Source: Octopus bimaculoides
Lineage: Eukaryota
NCBI RefSeq assembly: GCF_001194135.2
Contig: NC_068985.1
Location: 33,973,429-34,037,428, forward strand
Length of the DNA: 64,000 nt
Direction: 5' to 3'
Translations under genes and position numbers: made by a program
The notes under the pieces: generated by a model
What the model saw: only the letters and a program-made list of their open reading frames with translations
What the model was told of the DNA's origin: nothing
Database searches by the model: none
In this document: one piece after another, positions 22,968 through 35,727 of the stretch
Layout: each line of letters starts with the position of its first letter
Numbering within the stretch: position 1 is the stretch's first letter

Positions 22968-23910
22968 TTTTATATTGTTGAGTAGTATATTCCTGGTTAT
23001 GGCATATAACCAGTAAGAAGATTGACAATACATCCATATATATACACATACACACACACACATATATATAGATAGATTGATAGATAGATGCACATAAACA
23101 TGCATATACATTTGTTTATATGCATGTTTATGTATGCAGGGTGCATGGGCAATTCATCCATCCATCTATCCACACATGAAACATACATATACACATACAT
23201 AGATAAACAAGCAGATCCCATCTTCAAAATCTTGTTATTATTTCCCTTGATTATATGTATTTTCTATAAATTGAGATGTATTCCAATGAATTGTTTTATT
23301 TAAAATGCCTCTAAGCAATGCAGGCACTTTATGCATGAAAATATCAATTTTTAAGCACTCAATACAGTATCTGTATTTTTAAACACACCATGCCTGTAAG
23401 CATCGACACAAACGTGTATAACTTGGTAACATGTAACATGATTTCACTAATTACTTTAGGTATCTGTACAGTCATGAACAGATGCTCTTATCCTTCCCAT
23501 TTTTGACTCAACAGAAAATCCAAGATGTGACTTCTAAGGGGAAAAAGGTTGCATCAACTCTGAGCTGGTGCTCAGTTCATCTGAGTAGATTGAGCAACTT
23601 GAAATAAAGTACTTCACTCAATGACACAAGGTGCCATCTATCAGAAAATTGAACCCACACACTTATGACTGTGAGCTCAAACCAAAATCACTAGGTTATG
23701 TACCTTCACCCATAGCTATTACATTTTTGTAGTCCTGTGCACATGTGGGTCAGATGTAGATTGATTCTGCTACTACTATTACTATTCTATCTACCAGAGC
23801 AGGATAAACTAGTTTGCAAGGAGATTATATTTCTCAAAATGTATTTGTTGTCATGTGCATTTAATATTAACTTGTGTTTATCAGCTTGTCAAACATGTTA
23901 TAAAAAGGTT

Positions 23911-24030
23911 GTAATTTTTGCTAAACAAAGCATTGTTTTAATTCATTGAAGTAATTTTTGCTAAACAAAGCATTGTTTTAATTCATTGAAGTAATTTTTG
24001 CTAAACAAAGCATTGTTTTAATTCATTGAA
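23911..24030. repeat. Perfect tandem repeat, 3 x 40 bp
   Basis: GTAATTTTTGCTAAACAAAGCATTGTTTTAATTCATTGAA at 23911, 23951 and 23991. Confidence 0.95.
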
Positions 24031-24416
24031 GGGTGCAGCTTCAGTTATGGTTCAAATATGGACCAAGTACTCGACATATAGGTATAATTATTCTTGAGAA
24101 TCCTGATATATTATATGAGATATTGTATATATATCATCACCAGCATCACCCACTGGATACAAATGGGGTTTAAAATTTTAAAAAGTACTTATACACAAGT
24201 GTTGTTTGGATTCATCATCATCATGGTATTATCTCATCTGTTTATACCTGTTTAAAATTTTACCTGATGATGGTGGATTGTATGCTACGAAGTAATCTAT
24301 GAATACATCAATAAAATTCTACCGACACAGCTGTTACAAATTTTAAACCCAATTTGTGCCCTTTATAGAACCAGCTCTGAGTCAGATCTTACAGTTTCAA
24401 TTGGATTTGGTACTTA

Positions 24417-24646
24417 CATGGTTGGCCAAAAGTCACCTGACAGTATATCAAACCCATTTAATTCCAAGATTAAAGCAAAAAATAATTTTATGAGACGTCG
24501 CTAATAGACAAACGTTGAAAAAAACAGTGATTTTAACTCGCAACATTCAATTATTAAACATTCATAATTGGAATGAATAAACAAAATTAAATATTAAGTA
24601 TTTGTGGAATTTTGATTTACTGGCACATGACTTTTGGCCAACCCTG
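24417..24646. mobile_element. Tc1-type MITE (230 bp)
   Basis: TA|CATGGTTGGCCAAAAGTCA … TGACTTTTGGCCAACCCTG|TA, i.e. TIRs with a TA target duplication. Confidence 0.85.
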
Positions 24647-24824
24647 TATATATCTAGAGTATCCTCCCTACACATGATGCCCTCATTGTTATTTTACCTC
24701 ACTGGTGTTCTATGTCATGATGTGCCTAAATTCTAATGAACCCTATAACTTATCTATCTGTCTGCCTGACTATCTATTTGATTATTTTAATGTTTATAAA
24801 AGCATGTTTTTCCTAATAGTAATA

Positions 24825-25056
24825 GGCGGCGAGCTGGCAGAAACGCCAGCGCGCCGGGCGAAATGCTTAGCGGTATTTCATCTGCCGTTATGTTCTGAGT
24901 TCAAATTCCGCCAAGTTCGACTTTGCCTTTCATCCTTTTGGGGGTCGATAAATTAAGTACCAGTTACGCACTGGGATCAATGTAATCGACTTAATCCCTT
25001 TGTCTGTCCTTGTTTGTCCCCTCTGTGTTTATCCCTTGTGGGCAATAAAGAAATAA
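24825..25056 (+). mobile_element. tRNA-derived SINE, young, with a conserved central domain
   Basis: Head GGCGGCGAGCTGGCAGAA, B box GAGTTCAAATTCC, central GCCTTTCATCCTTTTGGGGTCGATAAATTAAGTACCAG (Meta/Nin-like; assignment unverified), and a CAATAAAGAAATAA tail. CpGs are retained. Confidence 0.85.
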
Positions 25057-27017
25057 TAGTTCAAATGTCTTTACTTGCTGACTAGTAAGCACATGGAAAT
25101 CTCACAGCTCAAGTAAAGATATAATGGAAGATGAAAAAGTTTAATGGTGAGATGAAACAGAGCAAGACACAATGCAAAATGGAATTCCATTTTTGCTTAT
25201 AATTGTAAAAACAGTAATATCAATTGCACTATTATCACCAATAAACAACAAAACAACTGCAATGCCTGATGTAAAACTAACAGGAACACTGGAAGTAACA
25301 AGGTGTATGTATTTTTATTACAATGCCTAGTATGTAGGTGTTAGTGGACAGTTGTATTGGAAGAAAATTGATAATTCATGGTAATGAGATACAAAAAAAT
25401 AAAAATTCTACATTTATGTCATTTTCTCAGTGACCACTTTTATTCTTTTCACCTTCCCCTCTCTCCTTCATCCCACTTTCTCTCTTCCACCCCTACTTCT
25501 CTATCTATTCTGTTCTTTTCTCTCTCCTCTTCTCTGACTAACATTCCTACCTTTATGTCTTCCTATGATTCTATTCCACTGACTAACTTTCTCTATTCTT
25601 TTTGACTTCTGACTTGCTTACAGGTCACTTCATCCTCTATTTTGTCTCTTACTTTACTCAAGGGCTAATATCCAGCTAACCCAACTCAAGTTTCTTTTAG
25701 TGTTTCTCTTCATACAATTATTTCTAGTTTGTTGTAACAATATGGTGATAAGGCAGAAATGACAAAATGAATATTAGTCAAAATCAGCTCTTCATTATAT
25801 ATTGATAGTTAAAAACCAGTTGTATCAGTTTGGCAGAGCAAAAACAAAGAGAATAGAAAACCAGAGATTATTTCACAATATCCTGTAGGGAGTTTTCTGT
25901 GTGGTGATGTAAGTTGATATACTGCAGTGATTAACTAGAGTAGTGTTTATTATTTGCTGACAGTCAGGTTGTCAAAAAAAGAATCAGTGGAAATTATTCT
26001 CATGACAGAAGTTTTGGTGATAGTATCTGTTAGAGAAAGCATTTTTCGATTTGCAGTCATGCTTCTTTGCTCATGACTCTGTTAGTTTGTATTGTCTTTA
26101 TTTGTCTCTCCCTATCAGCTTGCTGCTCACTAACTGCTGATCCAACCAAGTCTGTCTCTATGTTCAACTGCTTGTTGTTTGCTACTGTTTTTGTAAGCTG
26201 TAATTAACATCATTCAAAGCCTAACTTGATCAACACTTCTGAATTTCTTAGAATTTTTTCTGACATAAGTAAAAAACTATGATGTGTAGTTGTTGGATGT
26301 CATTGGTTAGATTTTTCTTGATGTCATCACATCTGTAACTTGTTTTGACCAAACTTCCAACATTTAAATTTGATCTAACCACAGTTGAGAGAGAAAGGAT
26401 AATCAACCCCAGCAGTAGGCAGCTACTTTATTTATCTGTCCTCCAAAGAATGAAAGGTAGAATTGATCTCGGTAGAATTCGAACTTGAAGTTGGAACAAA
26501 TGCCACAAGAAAACCCTCTAATGACATTGCCTTAATACTAAGGATGTTGATCTACATGTTGACGGTTGCCAGTAGTTTATATTTATTTCATGTACATGTT
26601 GAACATGTGTTGGGAAGTCTTTACACAGTCCTCTTATAAATTGTTTGCTTGAATTTGCTACTCTCTTGGGTTGTAACAGATCCAAAATTCATTGTTTCCC
26701 AGGTCTCAGTCTAGTGCCCAGATTTGGAACAGGCAACCTATAGTTATATGCTTGTGATGAACACCTATGAAGACAAGATATGGAATTGGCTAGGCAGTTT
26801 GTCAACAGGTTTCATATTACTGGGAGCCTTGTTCAGCTCCTGCTGGTATGCCTGCTGGCCTGTTCACTTGAAGAGCTGCAGGTCAATGTTTGAAAAAGAT
26901 GGGCAAAAGGAGAATACACAGTAATAACTCAGTTCTTTATTTAAGAGATGAAGAATTATGTACATTATTTACATTATTTACATTTGGTGGATATTTGTCC
27001 TCATCGTGTTTGTTGTT

Positions 27018-27065
27018 AACGCAACGTTTCGGCTGATATACCCTTCAACCTTCATCAGGTGTCTT
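27018..27065 (-). ncRNA. Minimal type I hammerhead ribozyme, intact core
   Basis: aagacac-CTGATGA-a-ggttg-aagggtatat-cagcc-GAAA-c-GTT-gcgtt. One mismatch in stem I. Confidence 0.75.
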
Positions 27066-27098
27066 GGGGAAATGAGAACTCAGGTTCAAAATTTCCCA

Positions 27099-27146
27099 AA
27101 GACACCTGATGAAGGTTGGAGGGTATATCAGCTGAAACGTTGCGTT
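27099..27146 (+). ncRNA. Minimal type I hammerhead ribozyme, intact core
   Basis: aagacac-CTGATGA-a-ggttg-gagggtatat-cagct-GAAA-c-GTT-gcgtt. Confidence 0.72.
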
Positions 27147-27199
27147 AACAACAAACACGATGAGGACAAATATCCGTCAAATGTAAATAATGTAAATAA

Positions 27200-27742
27200 A
27201 GTAATAACTCACTTTATAATGACCCGTTTTACGAGACCTTGAGTTTATGAGTTTTATTTTATAATAAATATAAAGATCTAAATTTTGAATAAAGCGCAAA
27301 AATTTCTACTGCCATAACAAATGCTTCTGCATGTTTCCAAGAAATTTATAGAGTGAAAGAAAGCTTCTAAGCAAACAACTTTAAACTTGTTTTTTAAAAA
27401 GAAATCTGCAAGTCTGTTTACGAGTGCTTGTGAATCAGTGATCACATCTACAAGTGATGGTGTGCATGAGTCTAGTGTGAGTGAAAGTGATTCAGAAAAC
27501 GTTTATAATAATGATATTTTTTATTATAAATGATCTTGACATTCCTTTTACTTTACATAAAATATTCTTTACATTCTACTGTTGTTCTATTGCCATTTAT
27601 TTACAAGTATTATGAATTTTATAGGTAAAATATTTTTCTAGGAACGAATTATGATTTATAACATTGCTGCAATAGGAAATTATTGCTCTGCTTTATGAGT
27701 GGTCTCTGGGAACAAATTAACTCTTACATTGAGGCATTACTA
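27200..27742 (-). mobile_element. Possible Tigger/pogo-type MITE remnant
   Basis: The right end reverse-complements to TA(T)AGTAATGCCTCAATGTAAGAGTTAATTTGTTCC, resembling Tigger termini with CpG decay. The left end is weak. Confidence 0.4.
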
Positions 27743-28429
27743 TATTTCAGAGGAATGTAGCTGTGGTATTTCATGTAAAATGTAAGAGGTGAACAAAGCT
27801 CATTGGAAGAAACAGAGAAGAGTGTCTAAGTGGAGGAAGTGTACTGTCAGCTATTTCAGAGGAGCAGAGACCATTGTAGCAATTAAAAAAGTAAATAAAG
27901 GGAGCTATATGTATGTCAGCTGCTGGCAGTTGTCATATAGTTTAAGTGCAGTCAAGGATATCTGTGTGTGTGCTAACAGTCCTCAGTTCTATACACAAAG
28001 GCAATATTCCAATGTAGATTACTCCCAAGCTTTCTCACAGATAAGAAACTGATCAGGGTTGAATGAATTATTTTATGCTCCAAGAGAGAAATCTTAGTTT
28101 TTGTAATGAAGTTTTGGCAATATTATGTACGTTGCCATAAGTGATTATATATTGTGGGGTCAAATATTTGAAGTGGCTTTGAAGGCTTTAATTGCATATT
28201 ATTCATGACTAAAGCGGGTAGGGTTCCTTTGGTATGTGTAGTCATTGTCTTGAACTGTTAAAAAAAGACTAGGTTGGTTGTTATGTTCTTATTTTAGAAT
28301 CTTCTCAAGGACATTGTTCATGAAAGCAAATCTATTGTATAGTGTTTAGCATATACATGGATGATGTTTATGCATGAAGGGCAGCATCATTTCAATATGT
28401 GTATGTCGTCAGAAGGGAGGTGAGTAAGT

Positions 28430-28790
28430 AATTAATGTACAAAAAGGAATGTGTGGGATACATCACCAAACCTTTAGAACATCAGAATTAATAGAGTATG
28501 GATTGGAAACATCTATCAGAATACACTGCATTGGTGTAGTCTGATAAGAAATTTCAAATTCAAGAAATGATTGACAGATATAAGTTATAGTTGGGCAAGT
28601 TTATATAGGTTTTAATGCCAAAGACTGTTAAAGGCTTTGATGATATCAAGTACAATGGCATTGTTTCTATCAAAATTCGCAAGGACAAATGGTTACTGAC
28701 AAATGACATATGAGAGAAATCCTTAGTCAAACCATTGTCTCTATTTCTCCTTATTGCTTTGTTTGAAGGCATATCATTCTCCCTGTCAGG
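28430..28790 (-). mobile_element. Old non-LTR RT fragment (Jockey/I-like)
   Basis: Minus strand …AIVLDIIKAFNSLWH…NFLSD resembles RT domains 2-3 ('ALDISKAFDRVWH…FLSDR'). Confidence 0.55.
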
Positions 28791-30488
28791 AACACTAGTT
28801 TCCAGTTACAATTCCAAAGAAGTGCTTTTATGCCTTTCAAAACTTTTTTAAAAAAAATTTTGTCTTTGTGTAGGATAGTTTTTCTTGTATCAGTGAATTA
28901 ATTTGTTTCCCTTTGTTGTTTTGCACCAGATTTAATCCTGATCAAGCAGATTTATGATACTCCAGCTGTGACTGTCACTCATTAAAAAATTTTTTGAAAC
29001 AAAATATTTCTTGAACTACATAATCTAATGTGCTGCCCTATTTTTAAAACTGCAGAATATTATTTGAAGGGGATTTGGCTGCTCTTTCTAGCTTGTAAAG
29101 GTTCCCTTGTTAGTTCAATTTAATCTCTTTTTCTAAATTTTCTAAGTTTCCATATATTAGTTCACCTGGACATTCTTTCATTTTTATGATCAGTTGGGAT
29201 TATTAAAATCTCATGATGGTATTTTAATTCTTTTTGTAACAATGTTAATGAAATAACATAGCTATTTGAACACCAAATGTACATTTATTGCATCAAATTT
29301 TGTCTAGTGTTGTTCATGTAGATAAACTAAGTATTTTAGGGAAAGGTATTTTTGTTTTTTATGTTTTCTTAAAACTGTCATGGGTTCATATTATTTTCAG
29401 TGCCAAGGGGGTCATCATTTCCAGCTGATTAAACTACAAAACAAAGAAATATTTTTTTTATTTTAACTATTTGTCTTTTTCCCTCACCTGTTATAACTAT
29501 TTGTCTTTCCTCCATGTCATCAACATCATCACTATCCTCTGAACCAATTCAATGAATAAACACTAATGTCACCTCCGCAATTTTCATTAGCATACAAGAA
29601 GTGTGCCCTGAACCTTCCTTGAAAATATACATATGGAAATAGCAGAACAGCAGAATTACAGAAAGACTAACAACAGCACTACCTATAGTAGTTAGCAACT
29701 GCACTCCTATACACGCTTTATATACTGTTTTATATCTGAATAAATTGCAAATTATTCTCAACTGCTGATGTTATAAATATGTTTGTTTAGGGGAAAGAAA
29801 GAAAAAAGAAGGAATAGCAAAAAATAAATAAATAACCATATGGACCAAAGAAATACAGAAACACTAGTCAAACATACTATCTGTTCTATGTCGAATTACA
29901 TTTAATTAATCATAATTATTTAGTCACTTCTCTGTTCATATATAATAACAGAGAAAACATTTGTGTCTAAAAATTAGAATAGAGTAAATTTAGTAACATC
30001 CCAAGCTCCTTTATTATGGGCATATACCACTGTCAGCTGAAGGAAACATTTATTTTTTAATGAAAGCTTGCTTTTTTTTGTGAATAGTAAGAGTAGTAGT
30101 ATTGTCCAGTTTTGAATACTACATTTCCTGCACACCACCACCACCACCACTGCCTCTTGTTATCCTCCACTGACTCCTTTGAGAGTCTAAATTTATTCAC
30201 TGGAGGCTTATTGACAAAACTGTTTTCTTTTGCTCTACTTAATTCAATCCCTGACCCTAACATTGCTCCCTTGTTGCCAACAAAAAAATTGTCATTCCTT
30301 TCATAAAACAGTATTCCTCCCTAATACAATGTTCCAGGTGGGCTTTATAAATTATTTCTATATCATCTACTAACAGGAATACACTGTCTTAAAGTTAGTG
30401 TACTTGGCAACAAGTTTGATTTTACTGTATATGATTATTAATAAGCATGTTTGCGTGTGTGCATGCATATGTGTGAAGGAGAGAAAGA

Positions 30489-30563
<75 letters not shown>

Positions 30564-30604
30564 TGTGTGTGTGTGTAAGTATAGTAATAAAAAGGAAAAA
30601 AATA

Positions 30605-30690
30605 TTTCCAGGCATGACTGTGGTAAGAAGTTTGTTGGTTCTGGGTTCAGTTCCATTGTGTGATACTGTGGGCAAGTGTCTAAGTCAACA
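30605..30690 (+). mobile_element. CORE-SINE head fragment
   Basis: TGTGGTAAGAAGTTTG…GGTTCTGGGTTCAGTTCCATTGTGTGATACTGTGGGCAAGTGTCT. Confidence 0.65.
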
Positions 30691-31325
30691 ATACAATACT
30701 TGCCAACGGATTGCAAGACGTCTCACTACACACAAGTTTTAAGGTGGTTCTTTAATTCTTAGGAAATCTGTTGTGAAGGAATACTATTGCAAAACAAAAT
30801 TTCAAACCATAAGGAGTTTATTCTTTTAAAAGAAATTTTTTATTAATTCAAAAGTTAAGCTAAAATTAAACTACATTATAATCCTAAGGAGTTAACAACT
30901 ATAAAGATAGAAACAAACAAAAAAGAAAAAAAATCAGGACTGTTATGACTTGATTTAACCTAATCATCTCATGTAAGACTATGAGGGTTTTGTAAACTTA
31001 ATCGTGCCAACTAAAAGCTTCTTTTAAGATTTCTTTTATGACTTTCTGGAGAGTGCAATTAATTTTAAGCCTTGACTTAGAATCATGTTACAACTCAAGT
31101 CTGATTAATGACAGAAGGTTGTTTTACTACAGATTAAAATTAAATGCAAATTGTTGATGAAGATTAAATATCATCCTTGATTTGTGCAAAGCAATACTGA
31201 ACAATCTGAAACAAGCTAAACATGCACAAGAAATGGGCATTTTACTTTATACATAAGTGCACAAGTGCACATGCATGCAAACATACACACACACATATAT
31301 ATGATTGTTCTGTCTGTGTATGTAT

Positions 31326-31437
31326 ATCATCATCATCATCATCATCATCGTTTAACGTCCGCTTTCCATGCTAGCATGAGTTGGACGACTTGACTGAGGA
31401 CTGGTGAAACCGGATGGCAACACCAGGCTCCAATCTA
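31326..31437 (-). mobile_element. Short RTE 3' tail
   Basis: (CAT)n CGTTTAACGTCCGCTTTCCATGCTAGCATG…CCAGGCTCCAATCT. Confidence 0.85.
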
Positions 31438-31859
31438 AACACACACACACACACATATATATATCCACATACACAAACACACACACACATATATATATGT
31501 CTATCTCTGTCTATCTCTCTCCCTCTCTTGTTCTTCATCCTTTCTGTTTTTCTCTCCCACCCTTTCCCTATTCTTCTCTCCCTTTCACCGTTCCCTCTCT
31601 CTCTCTCACTATCCTCCTTGACTCTCTCGTCGCTGACGTGTGACGAAAAGGCATCTCTCTTTCTGTCTACTTCCTTCCTAAAGAAAAGATGTGCCTTTTC
31701 CTGTCTCCTCATGGCTTGTCTACCTAGCGTTCATAATAATTTTTCTATCGACTTGGTTCAACAGCCCTCACTGGTTGTTTTTACTGTCTTGTTCTCACTG
31801 TACTGTTCTTGTTAACACTTTCACCCCCCGCAAAAAATTCCAAATTTTATCTAATTTGC

Positions 31860-32095
31860 TTTGTGGGAAGGACTGTTCCACCAAAGTCGCGTATTGTCCT
31901 TCCCTTCGAAATGCGGAGTAGATGGAACAGGGACAACTGACGAAGGGGCATACTCTTTATGTTGCATGTCTCGTTTCTCTGTTTGTTTTTTCGTTCGAAA
32001 AAAGTTCGTTTTTTATGTTTTCGTTTTTATGTTTTCATTTCTCATTGTGTTTAACGTTTTTTTGCTGTCCTGTACCCATATATGCATGTATGTAT
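31860..32095 (+). repeat. Family C repeat copy with hammerhead-like boxes
   Basis: Stem gggaaggac/gtccttccc (31865-31904), cGAAA at 31907-31911, CTGACGA at 31937-31943, and the tail ctgtcctgtacccatatatgcat. Confidence 0.65.
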
Positions 32096-32196
32096 GCATA
32101 TAGATGTAGGTATGTACATATATGTATGGATATATGCATATATATATTATTTATATTATATATATATATATGTTAGGTGTGGTCTACAGATATTGA

Positions 32197-32381
32197 ATAT
32201 TGAGGAAAAAGCTCACTAGAATTTTGGAAAAAAATCTTTTTATTTCTTCATTATTATTAGTGCTTTCATTCATTTCTCGAACTTGTCAAATAGAAGTTCA
32301 AGAAACGAATGAAAGCGCTAATAATAATGAAGAAATAAAAAGATTTTTTTCCAAAATTTTGGCGACCTTTTTTCTCAATAT
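32197..32381. repeat. Palindromic foldback/MITE-like element, ~88-bp arms, 9-nt loop
   Basis: The inner 65-bp arms (32220-32284 and 32294-32358) differ at 3 positions. Arms extend with more mismatches to atattgagg…/…ctcaatat. Close to (TA)n-rich tracts on both sides. Confidence 0.9.
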
Positions 32382-33398
32382 ATATATGTGTGTGTGAGTG
32401 TATGTGTGTGTATGTATATACATATGTATATACATACATACATACATACATATATATATATATATGTATATNNNNNNNNNNNNNNNNNNNNNNNNNNNNN
32501 NNNNNNNNNNNNNNNNNNNNNNNNNNNNNNNNNNNNNNNNNNNNNNNNNNNNNNNNNNNNNNNNNNNNNNNNNNNNNNNNNNNNNNNNNNNNNNNNNNNN
32601 NNNNNNNNNNNNNNNNNNNNNNNNNNNNNNNNNNNNNNNNNNNNNNNNNNNNNNNNNNNNNNNNNNNNNNNNNNNNNNNNNNNNNNNNNNNNNNNNNNNN
32701 NNNNNNNNNNNNNNNNNNNNNNNNNNNNNNNNNNNNNNNNNNNNNNNNNNNNNNNNNNNNNNNNNNNNNNNNNNNNNNNNNNNNNNNNNNNNNNNNNNNN
32801 NNNNNNNNNNNNNNNNNNNNNNNNNNNNNNNNNNNNNNNNNNNNNNNNNNNNNNNNNNNNNNNNNNNNNNNNNNNNNNNNNNNNNNNNNNNNNNNNNNNN
32901 NNNNNNNNNNNNNNNNNNNNNNNNNNNNNNNNNNNNNNNNNNNNNNNNNNNNNNNNNNNNNNNNNNNNNNNNNNNNNNNNNNNNNNNNNNNNNNNNNNNN
33001 NNNNNNNNNNNNNNNNNNNNNNNNNNNNNNNNNNNNNNNNNNNNNNNNNNNNNNNNNNNNNNNNNNNNNNNNNNNNNNNNNNNNNNNNNNNNNNNNNNNN
33101 NNNNNNNNNNNNNNNNNNNNNNNNNNNNNNNNNNNNNNNNNNNNNNNNNNNNNNNNNNNNNNNNNNNNNNNNNNNNNNNNNNNNNNNNNNNNNNNNNNNN
33201 NNNNNNNNNNNNNNNNNNNNNNNNNNNNNNNNNNNNNNNNNNNNNNNNNNNNNNNNNNNNNNNNNNNNNNNNNNNNNNNNNNNNNNNNNNNNNNNNNNNN
33301 NNNNNNNNNNNNNNNNNNNNNNNNNNNNNNNNNNNNNNNNNNNNNNNNNNNNNNNNNNNNNNNNNNNNNNNNNNNNNNNNNNNNNNNNNNNNNNNNNN

Positions 33399-34568
33399 AT
33401 GGATTTGTACAAAGTTTGAATTGTTTCCAAAGGAATTTTTGTCCATTCTTCAGTTAAAATAGTCCCCAGTTTTTGTAGTGATGATGGTGGAGGATATCAA
33501 CTCCTTACTTGTTTTTCTAAAATGCACCACAAATGTTCAGTAATATTGAGATCTGGGTACTGTGGTGGCCATATAAAATGTTCAACTTCACTAGAATGTT
33601 CCTCATGCCATTCAGTAACAACTTTAGCTGTGTGAATTGGTGCATTATCATCCTTAAAGATCGCATTTCCCTCCGGAAACAGTTCCACAACCATAGGATG
33701 AATTTGATCAGATAAAATGCTTAAATAGTGTTGACTATTAATTGTGCCATGAAGGGAAACCATTGGGCTGGCGGATTTCCAAGATATAGCCCCCCCCCCC
33801 GACCATTACAGATCCTCCTCCATGTTTAACAGCTGGAAGAAGGCAGTCTGGGTCAAATGCTTCTTTTGGCTGTCTCCACACGTACACTCAGTCGGTGGTC
33901 AGAAATAAGGTAAAGGATGACTCGTCCGAGAAAATAACATTCTTCCACTGCTCTAGGGACCAATTCTGTAGCTTTTTACTCCACTGTGAATGTTTTGCAA
34001 TGTTTGTTTTTGAAAGTAGAGGTTTTCTGATTGCAGCCCTCCCATGAAACCTGGCTTTGTGCAGCTTCTGGCAAACAATTTTTGTGGAAACTGGGTTCTC
34101 AAGGTGGTCATTAAGCTCTGCAGTAATTTTGGGAGCTGTACTTTTGTGATCCTTTCTAACAATTCGCATAAGAGTCCAACGGTCCCTATTTGAAAGTTTT
34201 GGTTTTCTTCTGGAGCTTTGTTTTGATGAGTAGGTTTTTCCCTCTTTCTCAAAGGCTGTCATTACTTTTAAGACAGTACTTCTTGATGCACCAAACATTT
34301 TGGCTGTTTCTGTTATGCTAGCACCTGCCATACAAGCACCAACAATTTGACTTCTTTGAAAATCCAATAGATCTGTCGTTTTAATGAATTTTAGTTACCT
34401 TTTTCTGATGATATCTGAAAAGAAACAACAATTTTAGCAGAACATATTAAGCAACACTAATAATAAATCAAAAAATATAAAAATAAACAAGCTTTTGACG
34501 GTTGTATAGATATTTCAAAATTATGATGCGATGATGTTAGGTGTTCCCATTATTTTGTCCAACCCCTG
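33399..34568 (-). mobile_element. Tc1 (DD34E) transposon with a frameshifted transposase; 3' end in the gap
   Basis: ORF 33888-34367 (HTH, …WKNVIFSDESSF) and ORF 33497-33763 (…IFKDDNAPIH…WPPQYPDLNITEHLW). TIR TA|CAGGGGTTGGACAAAATAATGGGAACAC at 34541-34570. Confidence 0.93.
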
Positions 34569-34600
<32 letters not shown>

Positions 34601-34604
34601 TGTT

Positions 34605-34810
34605 TGTCATCATCAGCATCACATTTAACATCCATTTTCCATGCTGGCATGGATAGAATAGTTTAACAGGAAACGGGTGAGCTGCAGGACTATATTGAGC
34701 TCCAATGTTATCTTTGACATGGTCTCTATGGTTGGATGTCTTCCTAATGCCAACTACTTTACAACTGTGCTTTTTTGTGCCTGTGACACAAGTGAGGGTG
34801 CCATGTAACT
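34605..34810 (-). mobile_element. Old RTE 3' tail
   Basis: catcatcagcatcacatttaacatccattttccatgctggcatgg…ttggatgtcttcctaatgccaac. Confidence 0.7.
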
Positions 34811-35480
34811 TGCAAGATAGAAAAGAAGAAAGGAAAAGGCTTCCACTACTGAAAGGATGTATTTGGGAGGTGAATGTGAAGATGGGTGGTTGCCAGCTAT
34901 TGAAAGGCTAAATTAAGATAGTGACAAGCATAGATATGTTTCTATAGAGGAGATACATAGCTGAAGGAGATAAAAGGAAGATAGTGATGGAGTGCAACCA
35001 AGAAAGTAAGCATAAGATAAGGCACAAACAGTGGGTCACAGGCAAGAAGGAGAGAGTGGTCTCTTTCATAAGAGTGTGAAGGTGGGGAGTAAATAGCTGA
35101 AGGTAGAGGTTAATGTGAGTGATGAACTAGGAGTGGGTTCAAATGGGAAATACCAGTATGTAGAGGGGTAAGGTAGAAGAAATAGGAGTGGCTCAGGAAG
35201 GAGATAGAATTGAAAGTAATGAGATGATGTGCAGTAGAGGAAGATAGAAGGATACATAAGGGGCTATAGTAGGTGGGTCATGATGGAAGATATAGGAAGG
35301 CACAGAAAATGATAGCAGATAAGAGAGGGAGTTTAGAATGGAGTACAGGAGAGAGAGAGAGAGCAGTGTGGCTGAAGGCACAGAAATGAGGTGATTGGTT
35401 GAAATAGTGTGGACAGAAATGGAAGTAGTTCCAGTGGGTGAGATAGTAGTGAATATCAACACAACATTGATGGATAAATA

Positions 35481-35727
35481 TTGGGTTGTGCATAGATATT
35501 GTAGCTTTTTTTTAACAAATTTTATTCAACAAAAACAGTAACAATATTTAACAAAAACATCTTTAAATGATGGTCTGACCATCTGCCAAGCAAATGGGAA
35601 GCAGTAATTGAAGTAGATGGTGAATATGCTCTGGAATAATCATTTAAAGATGTTTTTGTTACATGCTATTGTTTTTATTGAATAAAATTTGTTGGAAAAA
35701 AACCGCACTAATTATGCACCAACACAA
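35481..35727 (+). mobile_element. Mariner MITE/deletion derivative with ~90-bp inverted ends
   Basis: TA|TTGGGTTGTGCATA…aacaaaaacatctttaaatgat versus atcatttaaagatgtttttgtt…TATGCACCAACACAA|TA. The interior keeps the transposase C-terminus LPSKWEAVIEVDGEYALE*. Confidence 0.88.

Larger units (their letters stand above)
26965..27199. repeat. Foldback of the HHR element: 109-bp arms, 17-bp spacer
   Basis: 26965-27073 equals the reverse complement of 27091-27199 with 5 mismatches. Confidence 0.95.

Noticed and set aside
24255-24300. CTGATGA…GAAG as another hammerhead
   Set aside because: The stems and GAAA box are too degraded to support a call.
26724-26924. 66-aa ORF with a hydrophobic stretch
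   Set aside because: No recognisable homology, a non-ATG start and no convincing exon chain.
28298-28425. AG…GAG|GTGAGT exon-like interval
   Set aside because: All three frames contain stop codons. It could only be non-coding, and there is no other support.
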